A DNA stretch of 59,921 nucleotides, the filler included, from Gonapodya sp. JEL0774 (Eukaryota), in assembly GCA_027604505.1 (NCBI GenBank). It is 2 parts of 2 records of this genome, joined end to end, with 100 filler letters (N's around TTAATTAATTAA, not from the genome) between each part and the next. Parts side by side here need not be neighbours in the genome. Positions count along the whole stretch, not along the records: positions 1 to 29,965 come from JADIIX010000206.1; positions 30,066 to 59,921 come from JADIIX010000207.1. One strand, 5' to 3'. Of this stretch, positions 23,333 through 36,200 are shown piece after piece. Numbering within the stretch: position 1 is the first letter of the stretch; each line of letters opens with the position of its first letter. Made by a program: the position numbers and the translations under genes. Below the pieces are notes generated by a model that worked only from the letters and a program-made list of their open reading frames with translations, ran no database searches and was not told the origin of the DNA.

Positions 23333-25269
23333 AGAGCGGGGAGGAGGGGATATGGGCGGGGAGAGGAGGTGGTGGCGGTTTTGGTGGAGTGCAGGACTGG
23401 GACAGGAGGGGTTTTCTTGGGTGATGGCAGTGTGAGATGAGCAGATGAACTGATGGACAATGTGGATTGTGGGGTACAGCAGGTACCTCGAAAAGGAACA
23501 AAAGAAAAGAACACAGAGGAAGACGAAGATACCCCCCTCTCTTGTCACGTTTCCCCGCTGGTGAAAAAAAAAAGAAACTTCCTCGAGGAGAAAAACGCCG
23601 TGCGGAACCGGGATGCCACGCACGCACGCACGACTGTGGACGATGACGAGACGCGATTACCTCTGATTACCTCCCTCTTGTACAACTCCTTTTTTGTGTG
23701 TATGTGGCGCCCCTTTTCAACCTTACCACTACAACAACGCCCCCCCCCCCCCCAAACCATCCCCCTCTTCGTTATCTTTGCTCTTGCTTGTCCGTGTCTG
23801 TGAGCCTCGGACCCCCTTTACCTCGCCCTGCATTCGCCGGCGCCCCCATCTCGTCGTTGGGCGCCCTGTGCAGGAAGGAACCAAGGGGACGGAGGCCCGT
23901 ATCTCAGTATCTCGACGCATTGTTTCGTTTCGTTTGCTGTCTGTTCGTTTCTCCATTTTGTAACTTGTTTACGCGAATTTTCGATTCCCCTTTGGTGGTT
24001 TCCCCGGATATCCTTTCTTTTCACCCCCTGTTGCATCACATCTTTCACCCCACCCCACCCCACCCCACCCTCCTCCCTTTCATTCATCCGCCCTTTTTTC
24101 CAACGCTTCTTGGCTGCCGCCTTCCCCATCCCCCCTTTTTTTTTCTTCGGTTCACTTTCCTTGCTTTGAACTTTGTTGTGAGTTTCTCTGAACCTCCGGG
24201 GCCTCGTATTACCCTCCTATGAAGGATGCATCCCCCCACAATTCGCAATTCGTTGTTTGCTGATTGCCTTTGATGTTTCTTTTTTGAGTTTGTGGGAGTT
24301 TGGTTGAAGATGTGTGAGGAAATGAACGTTTAAATGGTGTGGAGCGGTGGACGGAGGGACGTTGTTTGAACTGGGCGTGCACTACCCTGTACAGGGTGGT
24401 GCTGGTGACGGCGAGTGGGGCAGTTTGGGATTTCAGATTGAGCTTTGTTGTGCGTTCAAGAAGTGCAGTTGCAAGAGTTCGGACCGTTGAGGGAGGAAGG
24501 GGGTGGGGTGGGGCGACGAAAGAGCACACAAGAGTGGACACTTTGAGCGGTCAGCGGCAATGAAACTCCACGTGGGGTGTATTGAGTGGGTTGCGTTGTT
24601 GGATAGAGCATGGTGCCGTGTTGTTTTCGTACCTTGTAATGCATCACAAGGGGTGTGCAGGTTCAGGGGGAAGTGCCGTTTGTGTAAAATCATGGAAAAA
24701 AATGCCCTGGTGATGAAATTGATGCGAGCCAGAAGTGAGCGAAAACGAACCGAGGGTGAAGTTTTTGGGTTTGGGACGGTCAAGTGAGTAAGTTCTTGTG
24801 TAAGAACTTTAGCATGTGTCGAATGTAAAGAGCGCCAATGTATGTGCTCATGTTCTGAAAAGAATTGTTGTTCGTGCCAGCCCCTTCCTGTTTGCTCAAT
24901 GCGTGAAATACTACATACATTTACCAAGCACGCCGGGGGCGAGGAATAAGGCGAAACGCCACAGTGTCATTAATTGAGAGGCAGAAGAGAGTCCGAGTGG
25001 GGATTTTGAGATGATAAATAGAAGTTTGGGTGTTGATTGGGGGTTGGTACTGTGGTCGGGGTGAGGGGGGGTGTTTGTGTTGTGGGAACCTGAGAGTGGG
25101 ACAAGCATCCATCGAGCAGGAGTGAGTAAGGAGGCAGGAAGCAGGTGGAGACAGATTGCAGAGAGGGAGAGAGCGAGTGGACGCGCAGTCAGGATTCGAT
25201 TCCAGCAGAGTCCGCTGTTTTTCTCTCTTTTGTCGGTGTCGATGCGGACTCACACGACACACACACGAC

Positions 25270-25410
25270 CCGACCCTACTCCGCCCACTCCCCGTACTCC
25301 CCATACTCCCCGTACTCCCCGCACTCCCCACTGCCACCCACACTCCCCATACTCCCCGTACCACCCACCGACCCACCCATACTCCCCTATACCCCTCCCC
25401 CATACCCCAC
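25270..25410 (+). repeat. Degenerate 9-nt tandem repeat (CCCCRTACT-like)
   Basis: ccgtactcc ccatactccc cgtactcccc gcactcccc repeated several times upstream of the RPL36 start, probably within a 5' UTR intron. Confidence 0.7.
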
Positions 25411-25449
25411 CAACACCCACTCCCATCCCACCCCAGACTCATCGCAGCA

Positions 25450-27064
25450 ATGGAAGAGGTCTGTCTTCCCTCTCCCCCGCTCTCTTATCCTCCCTTGCCT
25501 CATTCTCTCTTTTCTTCTCTCTCCCTCCTCATTCCCTCTTTCCTTCTCTCTCCCTCCTCTTACCCTCTAAAAGACCACTCAAGTCACCAAGCACGACCCA
25601 ACCGCTCCCCGCTCAGGCATCTTTGTCGGAAAGAACAAGGGCCACGTCACTACCAGGAGGGCTCTCAAGCCAAAGCCCAGTAACCGAAAGGGGGTGAGTT
25701 GTCCCTGTGAACCCCCGGCATGGCATCAGAATCGAGTCACCCAATCCCAACGAGGAATCAAGCTTTGTGGGGGGAGCGGTGGGCAACTGTGAAGAACTGG
25801 GAGTGGATCTCTGTGCTGGAAAACGTGGGAGATGGGTCGGGTGGTGGACTCGCTCGCGTGTGTGAGGGAGATTGTGGTACAAGTGGACGCAAGAGGCCAA
25901 GGCGGGAGACGTTGGACCGAGGACGGACGCGGAAGCGATGCATCAAACGCACCCGTCATGAGCGAATGCAATGCCAGTGCCAGTGTTGTGGGACGCGACC
26001 GCGACTGTGGACGGGGGGAACAGAATTGGCCGGTCGGTCGGCCGGGGCGAGAACGGAAAGACCAAGGGGCAGGGAAACGAGCGTGGACGTGTGGACCACT
26101 CTCCAGGCCAGGACAGCTCACTACACCCACAGACAATAGACGTCGAAAAACTCCAACGGGATGGAAAACCGACACCCAATGTGCGAATTGTAACACACTC
26201 TGGCCCGTCCTGGTGTTCCGCCATCGATTCCTCCTCGCATGGGGTCGGTGCGATGCTGGACCTTGGACCCAACCTGCCGCGGATCCAGACACGTATAAAA
26301 GACTTGCACACTTTTCCGAATCCCCGTTCTCCCTTGCCTACGACCCCTCGTACATTCTCTAACCCCCTTTTTCCCCATTCCCCACTCCGCCCCTTCCTCA
26401 CCCCGTCTCCGTACAGTCCCTCTCCAAAAAAACCAAGTTTGTCCGCGACCTGGTCCGCGAAGTGGTCGGCTTCGCTCCTTACGAACGCCGCGTCATGGAA
26501 CTGCTCAGGAACGCAAAGGATAAGAGGGCCAGGAAGTTGGCCAAGAGGAGGGTGGGTAGATTGATTGGGTGGTGGTGTGCGGAGAGGGGAGGTGTGGGGA
26601 AAGGGGAGGTAGCGGATTGGAGGCAAGGGGAGAGGGGGAACGCAAAGCCGGACGAAGGGTTTTGGGTTATTTTAAGATGATCCTGTGTGGCGCACGGGGA
26701 CGAGGTGGTGCGCCGCTTCTTGCCCCTCGTTTGGCTCGGCTGGCGTGGTACGGCCGGTTCGCGGGTCCCTCAACACGTCACTCGTCGGATTTGGCGGGCC
26801 CCAAGGACAGGGGCTCCGGCTCCTTCTCTGGCTCCGGGAACGTCGTGTTTCTTTTCCTCTTCAGTCGGGGCTCGTACTGCATCCATCCTCCCTCCTTCCT
26901 CTTGTTCCACCTGTTCATGGTTTGTTTGTGTTTGCATCTCTCACCTCCACCCTTGACCTCTTTCCCCACCCCCCCAGCTCGGCACCCTCACCCGCGCCAA
27001 GCGGAAGGTCGAGGAGCTTTCCAACGTGATTGCCGAACAGCGGAGGACGACGGCGGCGCACTAG
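25450..27064 (+). CDS. RPL36: 60S ribosomal protein L36 (eL36), 4 coding exons
   Basis: Exons 25450-25458, 25574-25693, 26417-26551, 26978-27064 give [116 protein letters not shown]. Confidence 0.95.
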
Positions 27065-28805
27065 GCGGTGTCCGGTGGTCGGGAGTGGGTGGCGGGTGGG
27101 GGATGGTGTGTGGAGTGTGGTTGTGGTGAATGGGGAACGGCCCCAGGCAATTTCCGCCACGTGTAGGCTTTTTTTTCTTTTCTTCTTGTTCCTTTGTAAA
27201 GACGGGGACCGGTGTCGTCGTTCGGGTCGTGGTCGAGGAGAAGGAAATGCATGCACGCAGCGCGGCGCACATAAAATCTGTAACAATTCGGTACCAAGTC
27301 CGACGGGGCTGTGCGGCATTGGGGTTACGGGTCCGTCTTTTCGAGCGGCAGGTGTGGGTTGTGGGGAGAAGGGGCAGAGTATCTGTCACTGTCGCCGTCA
27401 TGGAGTGGACACGTCCACCGAACCCTGAGCAACTCCATACGTTTGTATTCTCCTCACTTGAGTGAGCAGTCCCCAAACTGCGCATCCGTCTTTGCTCCCC
27501 GTGGTTCGTACCACATACTACCTGACACCAGCCCGCACACCAATCCCACATCTGCGCACCCCACATTGCACGCCGACACCCACACACCCAAACCCACAGA
27601 GGTTGGAACTGGGTTCAAGTCGGTCAGAGGTTCTGAATTCTGAATTCAGAGCGAGCTCCAGTGACCACTCAGGCTCCACATGTTGCCAGTCACCGTAGAG
27701 CTGGAGAGGATAAAAGACCTTTCCATAAGGAGAGATTGCAAACACCATGGCGGCAGGAGGATGAGGACTTCTAGCCAGATATTGCATTTGGTTTCGAGTA
27801 AGTACAAATCATTACATACAGGCCAACACAGAATGCAAAATTCCTCTCTGGAGGCCCTACACATGTGAGGTATCATAGAGCACACTCTTTGGAGACGGCC
27901 ATACATTGTCACCCCTCCGGCAGTCTACCAAGCACCTCATGGTCAGTTGAAATTGTCAGGTGACTCGAGTCTATCGGGTATGATATCCACCGCGTTTCTA
28001 GGCAAGGAACGGGAACCCAGGGAACCAGATCTCTGAGTGGCGAAACTCGAAACTGGCATCGGCCTTGAATGTGCGACGAGAGAGAGAGGGATAGGATGGG
28101 ACGACAAGACTAGTCCCAAACCATCCACGTCTCTGGGTCGTTGCATGTTCAAAACGACGACGGATAACAACGAAGTAGAGAACAGAAGAATGTAGAACAC
28201 CTCATTACTAGATCCGCGGCACGGAAGAGCATCACAGGACCCACGCGCACGCCGGCGTTGCAACTCAAACGAGCCGAACTGCTGCGCAGCACGAGTGAAC
28301 CCGACGTGGACCCCCTGTGGAGGATTCTCCCCTCACACACACAAACAGAGACCCACGGAGGCCGGTTCGCGCCAATCGGGGAACATACGGCCGGAACGCG
28401 TGGAGTGGAGAGTGGAGAGAGTGAGGAGGTTGATGTGGGCAGGGCAATACGCGCGACAAGGCGTGACGGGGAGAAAGAGGACCGGGGACCGCGGGGAGTC
28501 TCGACCGCGATTGAGGCGGGAGACTTCGTGGGCGGTTGATGGTCGGCCTGAGCGCACCTGGGCCACTGCCGGTGAGATGTTTGTGTTGCGCGTTGGGGGA
28601 AAGAAGTTGTTTGATATGAGTGAAGGGAATAATTGGTATTAGGTTTTGTGCTTCGGATAATTGGTATGGAATTGTGCCGCACGACAGACAGCCGCGACAG
28701 GAACACAACGATCGCGGGCTGTTTTCGGCACAGTCTGCACTGGGACACAGCACAACGACATCACAGTGACATCACCGTGCTGCGCTGTCTCCTGTCTCCG
28801 CCACA

Positions 28806-29488
28806 ATGGCGCAATTGTCCCCCTCAACCTCAACACGCTCCTCGCATCCGCGCTCGCTGTGGTCGCTCTTCCCCGCCGCTCTTCTCCTGCTCGCTCTGCT
28901 GCCGCTCCCTGCGTCCTCTGTCATCCCCTTGAACTACCCCTGTACTGGTTATGGGGACAAAGATGTCGGTTGCCACTTGTTGGCTCATTCCCTCGCCACT
29001 GTCATGCACCACTCAATCATTCTCTCCCCCAAACCAACTCCCTTTTAGGAATGCATATTCTGGACAAACTGTAATCAAGGTACGGTGTTTTGCCCCCTCA
29101 CATTCTGGTCCACCCCGGGACTGAGCGATCCTGGTGCACACCCAGAGGCACTTGACGGAGATCGAAGCACAAAGAGGAGCACTTGCATACCTGTTGGGAC
29201 CCCGCCGAAATGAAACGAAGAGTGCGCTGTTTGCTTTCAGAGGAGAGCGGTGCTTTGCCTCGCACCTGAAGGGGGGGTACGCCTGTACACGTCCACCAAT
29301 TCGCTTCCTATTCTTGTCCGCGCTTGACCTTTTCCCCTGCTGCTTCTTTCACCTTCCCATCCCACACCCCACCCCAATCCCTCAAAGGCAAATGCATCAT
29401 CCAAGACTCACTCCCACCCGGCCGTCCATGCTCGACCAACGACGTATGTGCAGGTTACAACGGCAGATGTGTTAACAGTAGGTTTTAG
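28806..29488 (+). CDS. Small secreted cysteine-rich repeat protein (3' end uncertain)
   Basis: Signal-peptide-like AALLLLALLPLPASS. Exons 28806-28964, 29049-29079, 29388-29477 give VIPLNYPCTGYGDKD|ECIFWTNCNQ|GKCIIQDSLPPGRPCSTNDVCAGYNGRCVN. Confidence 0.7.
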
Positions 29489-29619
29489 ATTGTGGGTGAG
29501 GCGGGGGGGAGGGGTTTGGTGGGCTACAGGGGATAGGCGTGAAGGTTGTGAAGGGTGTGAAGGGAACATGGGGCATTGGGTAAAATTGGAAGTGGGGAAG
29601 TGGGAACATTGGGAAATTT

Positions 29620-29855
29620 AAACAGTGGAAGTAGGGAAGTGGGGATTAGGGTTAATATGAAAGCCGGTCAGGGCAAAAGTTGAGGTGGAAACCGAGTCAA
29701 GGGAATATGGGTTCAAGGGAACACGAGTTATGGGAAAATAAGGTCAAAGGGAAACCGGGCAAAGGGAAAATGGTGTCAAGGAGGAAAACTTTCAAGGGAT
29801 AATGGGGTCATGGAGAAACTAGTCAAGGGGAAATCGGAGCAAAGGGAAATGTGGA
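29620..29855 (+). repeat. Degenerate 15-17-nt tandem array (about GAAA-N5-6-TCAAGG), about 10 units
   Basis: gaaaccgagtcaagg gaatatgggttcaagg gaacacgagttatgg gaaaataaggtcaaagg gaaaccgggcaaagg gaaaatggtgtcaagg ... Confidence 0.75.
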
Positions 29856-29858
29856 ACT

Positions 29859-30258
29859 TGTGGAATGACCTGTGAGACCTAACGGCGACCCCCCCCCGAC
29901 CCCCCCCCCCCCCTGCCCCCTCTGTTTTCCCCACCCCCCACTCACCCCACCACAGACACCTGCACNNNNNNNNNNNNNNNNNNNNNNNNNNNNNNNNNNN
30001 NNNNNNNNNTTAATTAATTAANNNNNNNNNNNNNNNNNNNNNNNNNNNNNNNNNNNNNNNNNNNNGGCAAATGGAGGCGGATCGACCGAGTAGTGGGGCA
30101 CCAAATGTGGAATGACGGGGTGTGGGACGAGAATCAGGGTCCCGAGTGTATATGTATTCTGTGTGTCCAGTCGCCTCGGACTGCTATGTGAGCGCGTCAT
30201 ACAAAAATATATCTACACTACACTACGTCCCGCACGTCGACTCAGTGGTCATACAACA
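29859..30258. mobile_element. LTR-like element spanning the assembly gap
   Basis: Starts TGTGGAATGACC and ends GGTCATACAACA (imperfect terminal inverted repeat, TG...CA). Flanks GAACT and GACCT resemble a 5-bp target-site duplication with one mismatch. Confidence 0.6.
29966..30065. other. Assembly gap with artificial six-frame-stop linker
   Basis: 44 N + TTAATTAATTAA (30010-30021) + 44 N. Confidence 0.97.
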
Positions 30259-30259
30259 G

Positions 30260-33200
30260 ACCTCACTGTACAAGTTGCTAATGGCAGATTGGAGTTAACT
30301 CATGCGCTGCTTGTCTACAGGGTAGACAAATTGTTTGCAAGGTGAATTTTCAGGGAGATTTTATAACCTAACTTGCTGGATCAATTACACAAACTCACTC
30401 GTCACAATACTTGTGGCACCAAAGATTGTCCTCCACTGGCTCAAAACCTGTCCCACTACTCTGACAGTTTCTCTGCAGAGGCTGTAGTATATATCATACC
30501 CACCTGGCCAGCTGTTGAGTGCACAAGGCCATGCAACAATTGAAAACATTCCTCCAAGTCCATAACAAACATCGTCTCCTGCTCCAGTTTAACAAAGGTG
30601 CAATCTGAATCTCAATCTTGGCTACAGTCTTAGTCATCCATCCAGCTGTATGTGATCTGCTCTGTCATTGTGAGTATCATGTCCTTCCTCATCTCTGGGA
30701 GCGCCTGTCATGACCAGAGAGACCCAGTTCAGCAACCACCTTTGCGTCTCACCTCTATGAGTGGCAGATACATTTTCTCTTGAGCTTAATCTACAGCTTG
30801 ATCTATACCATCCCCTTGTCTTGACAACCCACCATACTGCAGCAAGCAGTGTGGTGGTGGTGTCATCTCAGACTGCTCTTGTGGGAGCTTGTGCAGCCTG
30901 ACAATGCTGTGGGGGCTGATGGCTACATGAGGTGAGTTTGCAGGGAAAGGACCCTGGTATATCAGAATTGCAGCTCTGCCAAATTTTTGTATGTGGAAAC
31001 TTGATGGAGTGAGGGGATTGAGTAGGGGAAACAAGTGTTGCATAATGTGAGCAGTCACTTCAAACTTGCCACTTGTTGGTGGTTTCCACATTTAAAAGTG
31101 CATGCTCACTCTTTAGCTATGCATTCTTAGCCAAGGTCTTCTATAAATGTTGTGTTCTCATGACCTCTTACGAGCTTTCATTCCAACAAACACCCCAAAT
31201 CTGACCTGGCTCCTAAGGTCCTGAGATTCATTGCAAGCAGAGGGGAGTTTTGGGTCCCACTTTGAAGCAAGGAGTTTTCCGCTGGGACACATTGCAAAGA
31301 CAACCATTGGGAGGTGGACCAGAGTGACCAGTGTCTTAGACTGCAGAATGTACAGGAAAACATTGCAAAGAATTTGGTCAAGACTGAAACAGATTTAACT
31401 GCAGTCTACTTGAGTAGCTGTGTGTGAAATTGGTCCAGGTGTGACACTTTGTTGAGGAGGCTCACAAAGAGGTCCCAAAGGGGGGTTCTGAGCATCAGTA
31501 GTAATGCAACCCCCCCCCCCCCAAAAAAAAAAAAATATGACTGGATCAACTGCATAGACTATTTTGTGAAACTGAGTTTTCCAGGGAGGTCAACTAGTTT
31601 GGTGGTGCAGGAGGACCTAAAAGCCAGAAATACTGAAATTCCCACTAAACCAACCAAATACGGCATAACAACAGTCTCAACCGATACTTCCAATTGCCCA
31701 GAGCAGCCAACAAAGCTGAGGTGTGGAACATCTCTGTGAGGCAGGCAACAAAAGGCCTACACGTTGGCGTTCCCCCCACCAGAACTCTCTTGCTTCTTTC
31801 TGAAACATGGTCATCGCATTCCAAAGCCTGTTTCTTTCTGAAACATAATCATGGTGTTCCAAATCCGCATTTGCACTGCGCCCCCCCCCCCCCCTCTCAC
31901 CCTGTTCTGGTACGTTGGCACCTTGCAGAACTGCTCTTAAACAGTTTCTGAGATGGTTTGAGGCTGATCACGCCCTGATGCCTCTCTGTCAGCCTATCCT
32001 ATGAATTGCAGTATCACATCATCTGATCCCCACCCAGCGTCTTCTGTTCTCCCCAACGTAGGAACACCGCCTATGCCGCCCAATGTTTGGGTATGACTTT
32101 TTAGCTCCGCTCAGAGAAAGTGAGACTGTCCCTGAGGCACCTCCCTTGCACACTTACTTTGATGCTGATCGATGACTACCTGGGCTAGTGCTTGGGTTGT
32201 TGCCCCCCCTTCCTGTCCTCTCTTGCTCATTTCCCATTCCCACCCCAACATTTGTCCTGCTGTCCCTCAGGGGAATCTGCAGGAACTGTCTTCTCCACAT
32301 GTGCCAACCAACCTTCCCCTGCAGAAATTTGCACACTCCATGATGTGCTTGCTGAGGCAACTGTTGCTACAGCAGCTAGCCCAGTGGTCACTCCCACTCC
32401 AGATTTACCGCCTGCTCTGCTAGGTGGAGGACTGATCTTTTTTAACCCCCTCCCCCAAAAATCCTGTGCTACAGTCTCCCCTGTCACCTTCCTAACAATC
32501 AGCATGGATAATCTATTTTTGTGGATCACTGACCTTGTCTCACAGGTTATCTTTCTTGGAGGTCATTTGAACAGGATCACGGTGCCTGCCCTCAGTGGGG
32601 ATGGATTGGGATTTGATGTCTTCTCTTGTCAATGACAATGCTTTGAGGGATATCCAAGGGGCAGCAACAGACACTTAGATTTCTAGCAACATTTCTATGC
32701 TGGGCATCTCAACCCACAATCTTTCGTTATCCATTCTCCTGAATATACAAGACACGGGGCTCTGCTTCCCTGTCCCTGATGCTTAAATCTTTTGTTTTGG
32801 AATGAGGATCTGCACCAATCAAACCCAGTGAGTAACTTGTCTCTGATCAAGAGTTCCTGGCTCAATTGGTACCTGTGTGCATTCTAAGTCATCCACATGC
32901 TACACCCGGCTCAGACAATCACAGCAAGTGGGTAATGCCAAGTCCTCTTGTGATATCCTACTCTGTGAGTGCTGGAGGAGCAGGATGCAACCTCAAACCC
33001 AGCAAAGATAAAGTGGAGTTGTTTTGAGAACATGCAGGTAGTCTGGCAGTTGGGGTACTCTGGGATCTCTGGATCAACTTTGTTGACACCCTTTGCCTAA
33101 GGTTACTGACCTTCAGACTTCTGAAAATCCTTGGGATTGCTGAGCTATAATACTCTCAACGCTTAAACTAGATAAATTGTTGTGATATGCCCACTGCAAA

Positions 33201-36200
33201 TGTGGCATCTTTCATATCCAATATCTCCAAATTGGGGGAAAACACTGCACCAATGCTTGGATGGCAAGTTGTGGCAAGTTTAGGAGATGGAGTACCACTG
33301 TATTGTCTACCTGCACTAATTCTACTTCATTCCATGGACAGATTTCTTGAAAGATGGGCAATTAGCAAGGTTTTACTCTCAACCCTCTTGGAGTTTGTCT
33401 GCCTCAAACAAAGCTGCGTCTAAACTTGCTTCATTGTCAGTTCCAGCATCTTGTTCAAGTTCTTGGGGACTCCAATTGTGGCGGTGCAGATGGACCTAAA
33501 AGTTCCACCCAGCATCACCACAATTCAATGTGATAATGCCCTCCTAAAAGTGTATGGTCAAAGAGGTCTTCCAACTTTGTCCTAGCTTTGCGTGGGAAGA
33601 ACTCATATCAGATTGACCAAGAGATATGAACCACTAGAACTGCTGAGGACATTTTGCTGACAGTGGCTACATGAGTTGCAGGTTAAATTGGAGGCCTTGT
33701 GGACTTAATTGACACTGGGAAGCAATTTTGTCAGTGTTTTTGTGGAGGAAAAGCTGGATGTGGAAGGTGGGAAGGGACAGTGAGGTGCCACATTGCCTCA
33801 AGTCCCTTCAGCGTGTCTTTCGGCCAGCCATGAATGTTGACTGGATTGCTGATACCATATGGGACTAACCCTTTGGAATACCAGCTTGGAATTCATTGGA
33901 TCCAGGCAAACAGAGAAGATACTCAAACCTTGCGCCCAGTATGTGTGGCCACAGCTCAAAGGGGGACTGTCACCCTGTGACTACCCCTTCCACAGTCAGG
34001 TAGCTCTGGTGTGAGGGGACAGTTGCAGATGTGGCACTGTAGTACTTAGCACAGGGCCTCCAGACCTTCCTCATTGTTAGCACCATGGGTCTGCAGGTGA
34101 GTATTTGTCTCTCGTGCCACTGTGTCTCCCCACCTTCCACACGATCCTACCACAAACACACCCACACATTTGCTTCCCTGTCGCAATCGCATCCACAAGG
34201 CCTCCAATTTGGCCTTCTACTTGTAAAGGCACTGTAGGCAAAATCTCCCTGGCAATTGTAGTTGGTTTGTCACTTTCGGTTGATCCGATTGTAGTTCCTC
34301 TGACACAAATCTGGGATGACATTGGAAGACCTCGCTAACCATATGCTTTCAGGAGGGCTTCCCAGGACTGCATCACATTGAAGTTGTGGTGATGCCTGGT
34401 GGAACTTTTAATTCCATCTGCACTGCCACAATCAAACTGGCTGAAAATGAAAGTTGATTCCCCAAGAACCTGAACAAGATGCTGGAACTGGCGCAGAAGT
34501 GAGTTGTAGGCAGCTTTGTTGGAGGCAAAATACTTTGAGACTGCTCAAAAGTGGAACTTTGCGAATTGATTGTCTTTGGAGAAATCTATCTGCAGAATGA
34601 AGTAAATATCATGTGCATAGACAATACATTGGTACTCCATGTCCCAAACTTGCCAGATCTGGCCATCCAGGCATTTGTGTGATGTTTCCCCAGTTTGCGG
34701 TGATTGAATGTAGGAGATTCTGCACAGGCTGCAGTGAGTGTATCTCAACAACTTGTCAAGCTTGGACCTTTGACAGTAAAATGGGTCTGCAATCTCGAGT
34801 ATTTTCAGAAGCGTAAAGGTGAGGTGACCTTTGGCAAATAGTGTTGACGAGGTGGATCCCAAGAACCTCAGTCACTGACCTGCCTCTGTTTTCCTGAAAT
34901 ACTCTGTCCTTTCTTCACCAGGCTGAGGATTGTGACTTGCTCCTTGAGCCCTCTCAGAGAAGGAGAGATGTGCGCAAGTAGCATGTGACGAACATTTTCA
35001 AACGATGATGACAGGGATATTTGTGCCAGACCTGCTGCGTTGACAGCATTCAATATTCTGGTCCAATTGTGCTCTTGTTCTGCTGATTGAGGATCCCCTG
35101 AAGCATTTGCTGGAATAGCAGAAGTCTAATCAAGAGGACTTGCTAAAGTGTAAACATCAAAATGGTGACTTCTTGCTGTGGAATTCCAGGTTGTGGGGAC
35201 AACCAGTGTCTGCAGTGCTGGTTGAGGAGTGACTCTCACTGTTTTGTGTACCAAGGTCGACAATCTGTGCGAATGAGAAAGACAAAAGTCATGAAACAAG
35301 AACATTCGCCACCAACAATACTTGACAAGAATACAATGAAATCCAGGACTCACAAGTTTTTCTGGTTGTTTGAATTGCAACTAGAGGACTGAAGCTGGAC
35401 AAGAAAACCGTGTGGTCAGCTGAGGGGGTGCTGGATTGCAATGCAGTGTACATACTCCGGCATCTGGATTGCCAATTGTCAAGTTCTCTTGATAGTTTTT
35501 GGAATAGTTTCTGAGAGATTTTACGACCTGCTCTTTGAACTTGAGTTCTTCAACGAGAGGCTCGAGCAATTCTAGGCACTCTTATGCAAGACTGAGTTGC
35601 TTGAATCCACTCAGCGTAGCATCCAATATCTTTTGATTGAGATTGAGTGTAAATCTTGCATGGCAGGAATTTTCCATTGCTCAGTCTGTAAAAAGCACCA
35701 AGCAGGGGATTGCAGATCTCAACCGGGAAAAAGTTTGGCTTAGCACATAATTCAGAGTCCACCAAAACTAGAGCAAGATTTCAAGTGCCTGATTTTCCAC
35801 AAAGTTCTTCAGCTCATTCACCACATAAAGCTTCAATATCTCTGGAAGCATTGCCACAACCAAAAATGCATGTCGCTGCGTTGGTGCAATGACGGCATGG
35901 TGTTTCAAACACCGTACTTGCAGATTGAATAGCACAAGAGCAACATCTCCTTGACGTGATTCAATTGGGCATACCTTCAATTTGCTGATCATGGATGTAA
36001 GGTGCAATTGCTCGGAGAGAACACCCTCTCACTGATTTGAGCGGCACCATCTCGCCTCTCCAGCTCCACTTCTGCATCTAAGCCACTTAACTAAGAGAGA
36101 ACACCATTCACCATTACAGCAGACGGCAGAGCGCCAAATGCATGATTGGTGAGTGGTCGGAGGACTGCAAGCTCATCTCGAAGGAATACACTCACAGAAA

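Noticed and set aside
21864..23435. 523-aa ORF overlapping the CCCH gene
   Set aside because: Shadow frame of GC-rich low-complexity coding sequence that runs through an intron; both zinc fingers lie in other frames.
23440..25440. Many 60-200 aa ORFs on both strands
   Set aside because: They arise from C/T- and G-rich low-complexity UTR or intergenic sequence and have no protein-like features.
27632..27650. Short inverted repeat TCTGAATTC-T-GAATTCAGA
   Set aside because: Explained by a 7-nt tandem duplication around a palindromic site; no other support.
29620..29855. Possible CRISPR-like array
   Set aside because: Units are only 15-17 nt with 5-6-nt variable cores and degenerate repeats; no cas genes and a eukaryotic context.
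30010..30021. Palindromic TTAATTAATTAA within Ns
   Set aside because: Artificial scaffolding linker with stops in all six frames; not biological.
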